Shown: positions 59,283 to 64,000 of the stretch, piece by piece | Layout: each line of letters begins with the position of its first letter | How positions within the stretch are numbered: the stretch's first letter is position 1 | From: Candidatus Bathyarchaeota archaeon | GTDB taxonomy: Archaea; Thermoproteota; Bathyarchaeia; 40CM-2-53-6 | DNA: 64,000 nucleotides | Assembly: GCA_963726255.1 (NCBI GenBank) | Contig: CAVSBL010000002.1 | Location: 2,080,001-2,144,000, forward strand | Direction of reading: 5' to 3' | Notes under the pieces: model-generated | Told to the model about the DNA's origin: nothing | Database searches by the model: none | The model's input: only the letters and a program-made list of their open reading frames with translations | Made by a program: the position numbers and the translations under genes

Positions 59283-60379
59283 ATGAGCATAAAATGGACG
59301 AAATCCAGTAAGGTCGCAGATGGAGTGTTCCAAACGATTGGCCGAACTCCACTCGTTAGACTAAGGAACATACCTGCCTCTGAGGGTGTCAAAGCAAACA
59401 TTCTGGTTAAGCTTGAGTACATGAACCCCACGGGCAGCTTGAAGGATCGTATCTATTTCGAGATGATAACGAAAGCGATTGCGCGCAAGGAGCTCCGGCC
59501 TGGAATGGAGATTCTCGAAGCCTCCACAGGGAACGCGGGTATCGCTTGCTCATTTGTTGGAACAACTCTAGGTCACAAGGTGACCATAGTCATGCCGGCA
59601 GGCATGAGTCAGGAGAGAATGAAGATCATTCGAGCGTACGGAGCCGAAATCATTACTACGCCAGGCGGTGAGAGCGACGTAGACTTATGTCTAAACGAAA
59701 TTGAGGAGCTGAAACAAGCAAGCCCAAGCAAGTATTGGGAGCCAGGGCAATTTAGCAACAAAGACAATGTTGCGGCACACTACAAAACGACAGGTCCTGA
59801 AATTTGGGAACAGAGCGGGGGAAAAGTTGACTGTTTCCTCGCCTCGCAGGGGACTGGAGGAACATTAACTGGTGTGGGAAAGTACCTAAGAAAGAAGAAA
59901 AAGAAGGTGGCCCTCTTCGCCGTGGAACCTTCCGAAGCTCCAATCCTTGCCCACCGTCAGTGGGGAACCCACAGAATTGAAGGTGTCGGGGATTGGGCTG
60001 TCCCAAGAATCCTTGACGTCAGCCACCTCACTGGGATAGTTAATACGCGCTCTGATGTTTCCATTGAAATGGCCCGAAGGCGAAGGAAGAAGGAATCTTT
60101 TGCGGAAATAGGGAAGAGGGGAAAGTCGCTAAGGAAGAGGGAATCTTTTGCGGAATATCGTCAGGCTGCAAAGTACTAGCTGTTCTAAAAGTGGCCAAGC
60201 GTCACCCTGAATACAAGACGATTGTAACTATGGTGAACGACACTGGTCAGAGATACTTCTCGACCGAACTCTGTGGCGAAAAGAAACATGTGGAACTCCC
60301 TGAAAGAGAAGTACCGTTTGACGAGTATACAACGACGGAGCTGAACACATACGAATCGCGTTGGGAAATAGTTGAATGA
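59283..60379 (+). pseudogene. Cysteine-synthase-family PLP enzyme disrupted by an imperfect local duplication
   Basis: IGRTPLV, NPTGSLKDR, EASTGNAG, GTGGT; GGAATCTTTTGCGGAA occurs twice (about 60092 and 60140); downstream frame gives EEGIFCGISSG...KVAKRHPE...NDTGQRYFST. Confidence 0.85.
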
Positions 60380-61626
60380 CATCTTTCCTTAAGCTGATGA
60401 AATGTGCGCGCTGTGGGAAGGAATATCCGCCTGAATCTGGCGCAATCCGGTGCGTGAACAAAGACGACGGCCGTCTAGATATTTCCTATGACTACGATGC
60501 TTTGCGCGATTTCGTCAGCGTGGAGACATTTTCGAAAAGGCAAAGAGGGGTTTGGAAATACAGGGAACTGCTGCCAGTTAATGATCCGAAAAACATAGTG
60601 ACCCTCGGAGAAGGCGGAACGCCTTTCCTTCCGGCACACCGCCTAGGCGACAAACTCGGCCTAAGTAATCTTTGGCTGCTCGATGACACACGCAATCCGA
60701 CAGCCTCATTCAAAGATAGACCGATGACTGTTGGCGTTTCAAAAGCTGTTGAGTTAGGATACAAAACAGTGGTGTCAGCTTCCAGCGGTAACGCCGCTGC
60801 GGCGCTGTCAGCCTACTCTGCTAAGGCGGGGCTCAAATGCATCACCTTCGTCCCAGAGATGGCGAGCATAGGAAAATTGGCTCAGCTAACGATGTACGGG
60901 GCTCATGTCGTGAAAGTTCGAGGGCTAGAGTCAGGGGAGGACCCGACTGTGAAAATGCTCAAGGCTGTTTGCGACCGGAAAAATTGGTACCCTTGCCCAA
61001 GCTTCGGCCCTATGAATCCCTACCAAGCGGAGGGCCCGAAGACCATGTCGTATGAGATTGTTGAAGGACTGAGTTGGGAGGTTCCTGACTGGGTTTTCGT
61101 TCCGGTAGGTGCAGGAGGTGCATTAGCAGGAAATTGGAAGGGCTACTTGGATTTTCAGAACTTAGGTTTCATAAGATCAATGCCGAGAATGGCAGCGGTC
61201 CAATCGACCGGTTGCGCGCCCGTGATCCGTGCGTACGAGCAGGGCGCCGACCCGAAAAACATAGTTCCATGGGAAATGCCTGACTCCGTCGCAACAGGAC
61301 TCATGGACCCGTATCCTTGGGACGGTGATGCAGCTCTCGTTGCTATCCGGAGTTCTCATGGGGCAGCCGTTTCAGTCTCCAACGAAGAAATCCTAGAGGC
61401 ACAGAGGAAGCTCGCCAAGCTCGAAGGAATTTTCGCCGAGCCGTCCGGCGTAACTTCACTTGCCGGCTTGATCAAAGAGCGTGAAAAAATAGACAGGGCC
61501 GATTGTGTCGTGGTAGAAATAACGGGAAGCGGTTTGAAAGATCCGAATGTAGCAACGAAGGGAATGCCCGAGATACCTATCATTGATTCCTCGTTTCAAG
61601 AATTGGAACGAGTGTTGAAACTCTAA
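60376..61626 (+). CDS. thrC: Threonine synthase-like PLP enzyme
   Basis: TLGEGGTP, NPTASFKDR, ASSGNAA, EGIFAEP, TGSGLKD. Confidence 0.85.
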   Translation: MTSFLKLMKCARCGKEYPPESGAIRCVNKDDGRLDISYDYDALRDFVSVETFSKRQRGVWKYRELLPVNDPKNIVTLGEGGTPFLPAHRLGDKLGLSNLWLLDDTRNPTASFKDRPMTVGVSKAVELGYKTVVSASSGNAAAALSAYSAKAGLKCITFVPEMASIGKLAQLTMYGAHVVKVRGLESGEDPTVKMLKAVCDRKNWYPCPSFGPMNPYQAEGPKTMSYEIVEGLSWEVPDWVFVPVGAGGALAGNWKGYLDFQNLGFIRSMPRMAAVQSTGCAPVIRAYEQGADPKNIVPWEMPDSVATGLMDPYPWDGDAALVAIRSSHGAAVSVSNEEILEAQRKLAKLEGIFAEPSGVTSLAGLIKEREKIDRADCVVVEITGSGLKDPNVATKGMPEIPIIDSSFQELERVLKL

Positions 61627-61693
61627 GACAGCGCCAAGGGAAGAATAATAGGCCGGTAAACCCAACCGAGCCGAACGTGCGTAATACGCGCCT

Positions 61694-62719
61694 TCATCTT
61701 TTCTTGTTGCCCATGGTCACTGCGAGAACGGCCATTTTGGTGTACATTCCATTCTCGGCTTGAGGATAGATAACTGAGTGGCGGCCATCCATGACCTCAT
61801 CGGTGGCTTCTTCACCGCGAAGTACGGGCAAGACGTGAGTCACAATCGCTTTTCTCTCCATCTTGTCGAGCAAATCCTGAGTGAGCATCCAATCACGATA
61901 CTTCTCATGTAGTTCTACCTCTCTTTCCTTGCCGAACTTGCTCGCGCCCAATTGCAGTAGTTCGTTCGAGGCCCAATTTCTGGGGAAAACCGCCTGCGCT
62001 CCTTCGATCGCTGAATTGAGGTCGTTTGAGACTTCGAAGGTGCCGCCTGATTCTCTGGCGTTAGATTTTGCCGTCTCAACAATTGTTGGGTCGATTTCGA
62101 AGCCCGGCGGGTGGGCGAGAACGACATTCATCCCAAAGCGCGGCATGATTAGTGCTTCTTCTTGTATGCTGCATCTACCTCGGAAGCTCTTTGCATAACC
62201 CCACATTATGACGTACTTCTTCCCCTGCACCTTGCCCAACGCTTCCTGAGTCGTCATCAAGTCAGCAAGCCCCTGGGTGGGGTGGTAGGTGCAGCAGGCC
62301 ATGTTTATGACAGGAATCTCGGCGTGCTTGGCGTACTCTCGAACAACAGACACACCGGCCCCGTAAACGTAGTCGATTGCGGAATCAAGAATTCGAATAC
62401 CTAGTCCCTGGCCATACTTCTCATACATCTTGGCCACATCTTTCGGGGCCTCCCCAGACCCTAGTCGAGTCGTTGAGACGTCAATGTACAGCGCATGTCC
62501 ACCGAGATAGGTCATTCCAGCCTCAAAGGCTGCCCTAGTTCTAGTCGACGGTGCATAGAACAACATGAAGAACGTCTTATTTCGAAGGAGAGTTGGAACC
62601 CGACCACGCCGATATTTCGCTTTCAGGTCCCGCGCTAGCTTGAGCGTTGCCCTGAGCTCATCAACAGACCACTCTTGTGTAGTGATCAAGTCTCTACCCG
62701 CCAAATCAATCCTAGACAT
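61694..62719 (-). CDS. Carbamoyltransferase (ATCase/OTCase superfamily; YgeW/acetylornithine-type features)
   Basis: STRT, HPTQ, HVLP (not HCLP), MWGYAKS loop, QAENG. Confidence 0.85.
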   Translation of the reverse strand: MSRIDLAGRDLITTQEWSVDELRATLKLARDLKAKYRRGRVPTLLRNKTFFMLFYAPSTRTRAAFEAGMTYLGGHALYIDVSTTRLGSGEAPKDVAKMYEKYGQGLGIRILDSAIDYVYGAGVSVVREYAKHAEIPVINMACCTYHPTQGLADLMTTQEALGKVQGKKYVIMWGYAKSFRGRCSIQEEALIMPRFGMNVVLAHPPGFEIDPTIVETAKSNARESGGTFEVSNDLNSAIEGAQAVFPRNWASNELLQLGASKFGKEREVELHEKYRDWMLTQDLLDKMERKAIVTHVLPVLRGEEATDEVMDGRHSVIYPQAENGMYTKMAVLAVTMGNKKR

Positions 62720-62851
62720 TAAAGTCTCTCCAGTTTTCGTCAGCGTCAGCTCTTCCTACTAAATAGAACTTTCCGATTCGAGAAAAAGCATGAAAGTTCA
62801 TAAGGGGTAAAGTGGGACCGTGTGCGTCTACGATCGTGAGCTGAACCGAGG

Positions 62852-63805
62852 TTGACAGACAAACTCATAGTTATTGCCCTCGGGGGAAACGCTCTCCTCC
62901 GGCGAGGGCAGAAGGGCACCTTCGAAGAGCAATACCGCAACGTGAAGGAAACCGTAACGAAGATTGCGGATCTGATTGAACGCGGATACAAAATAGTCAT
63001 GACGCACGGGAATGGTCCGCAGGTGGGTGCCACACTTCTGAGGCACGAAGCCGCGAAGAGCATCGTTCCAGCTCTTCCGCTTGACGCGTGTGGCGCTGAG
63101 ACGCAAGGGTTCATCGGATACATGATTCAACAGGCTCTCAGAAACGAGCTCAAATCACGCGGGATCGACAAGTACGTTCTCACCATCATAACGCGGGTCA
63201 TTGTCGACAGGCATGACTTAGCTTTTCAAAATCCCACGAAACCGATCGGCCCCTTTTACTCCAAGGAGGAAGCAGCCAAAGTGAAAGAGCAGAAGCCAGA
63301 GCTGGTCATCAAAGAAGATGCTGGCCGCGGCTACAGACGCGTCGTCCCCTCTCCAGACCCAAAAATAATCGCAGAGCGCTCCGCCATTAGGGCCTTGGTA
63401 GATGCTGGTTTCGTTGTAGTTGCATGTGGCGGTGGGGGAATCCCAATCATAGAAGAGAATGGACTCGCGGTCGGAGTGGAGGCCGTAATCGATAAGGATC
63501 TGGGAGCCCAACGCTTAGCAACCCTGATCGGCGCTAACATCCTTGTAATCCTAACTGATGTGGAAGGCGCCTACATCAACTATGGAACACCCAAACAGGA
63601 GTTGATTAGAGAAGCCTCTTCAGGCAAGCTAAAGAATTATCTTCGAGAAGGCCAGTTCAAAGAGGGAAGCATGGCACCAAAAGTCGAGGCTGCAATCAGG
63701 TTCGTCGAAAGCGGCGGCGAGCGGGCAATAATCGCAGCCTTGGGCAGTCTGACCGAAGCCCTTGAAACAAAGACCGGAACGCAAGTTGTGATGCCAAGAG
63801 CTTAA
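62852..63805 (+). CDS. arcC: Carbamate kinase
   Basis: [41 protein letters not shown]. Confidence 0.96.
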   Translation: MTDKLIVIALGGNALLRRGQKGTFEEQYRNVKETVTKIADLIERGYKIVMTHGNGPQVGATLLRHEAAKSIVPALPLDACGAETQGFIGYMIQQALRNELKSRGIDKYVLTIITRVIVDRHDLAFQNPTKPIGPFYSKEEAAKVKEQKPELVIKEDAGRGYRRVVPSPDPKIIAERSAIRALVDAGFVVVACGGGGIPIIEENGLAVGVEAVIDKDLGAQRLATLIGANILVILTDVEGAYINYGTPKQELIREASSGKLKNYLREGQFKEGSMAPKVEAAIRFVESGGERAIIAALGSLTEALETKTGTQVVMPRA

Positions 63806-63850
63806 TTCAAATAACGGCAGCCAACAGGGCACGACGAGGTTACAGGGTTG

Positions 63851-64000
63851 TTGTCATTCGTAGGTAAGTGGAAAGCTAAACATTTCCTAGACACAAATGA
63901 TTTCTCGCAAGAACAAATCAAAGAAGTTCTGGATGCAGCGGATGTTCTGAGGAAACTATTCCGATCGCGCAAGGAGCATCGATACTTATCTGGAAAAACA
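63851..64000 (+). CDS. Second carbamoyltransferase, N-terminal part (runs off the window)
   Basis: Open frame from TTG 63851: SFVGKWKAKHFLDTNDFSQEQIKEVLDAADVLRKLFRSRKEHRYLSGKT, similar to the N-terminus of 61694..62719. Confidence 0.8.
   Translation, partial: MSFVGKWKAKHFLDTNDFSQEQIKEVLDAADVLRKLFRSRKEHRYLSGKT

Overview
Archaeal-type DNA: HdrABC, UPF0175/PIN modules, PEF/PGF/CFI-box C-terminal sorting signals and frequent TTG/GTG starts. The gene content is compatible with Bathyarchaeia, but that is an inference. Three zones. (1) Bases 1-13.3 kb are a hypervariable surface-protein and toxin-antitoxin island. The same coding 3' end (GWNL...PG(Q/E)xMWxxxxAPATLRP-stop) occurs seven times in direct orientation: once on an intact 668-aa secreted beta-propeller protein, once cut by the window edge, and five times as 5'-truncated remnants. 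Cargo lies between the copies (five PIN toxin-antitoxin pairs, menA, a PAS protein, anchored surface proteins). Two further orphan 3' ends of the 1990..3132 surface-protein gene (a CFI-box tail and an alternative PEF-CTERM tail) record nested C-terminal displacement events. This looks like an integron-like cassette array that uses conserved protein C-termini as recombination anchors; no integrase is present in the window. (2) Bases 13.3-36 kb are mostly housekeeping and accessory genes (parvulin, tatA, dinB, hdrCBA, a small TA/protease islet, nth, nfeD-SPFH, BlaI/peptidase, a broken cystathionine beta-synthase). (3) Bases 36.4-64 kb are a large purine/nucleoside catabolic region: two xanthine-dehydrogenase-family heterotrimers with MoaD-like proteins, XdhC, an LLM oxidoreductase, adenine deaminase, a BMP-type ABC importer, an amidohydrolase, PLP enzymes, two carbamoyltransferases and carbamate kinase. 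Several frameshifts may be assembly errors. No rRNA, tRNA or CRISPR array was recognised.
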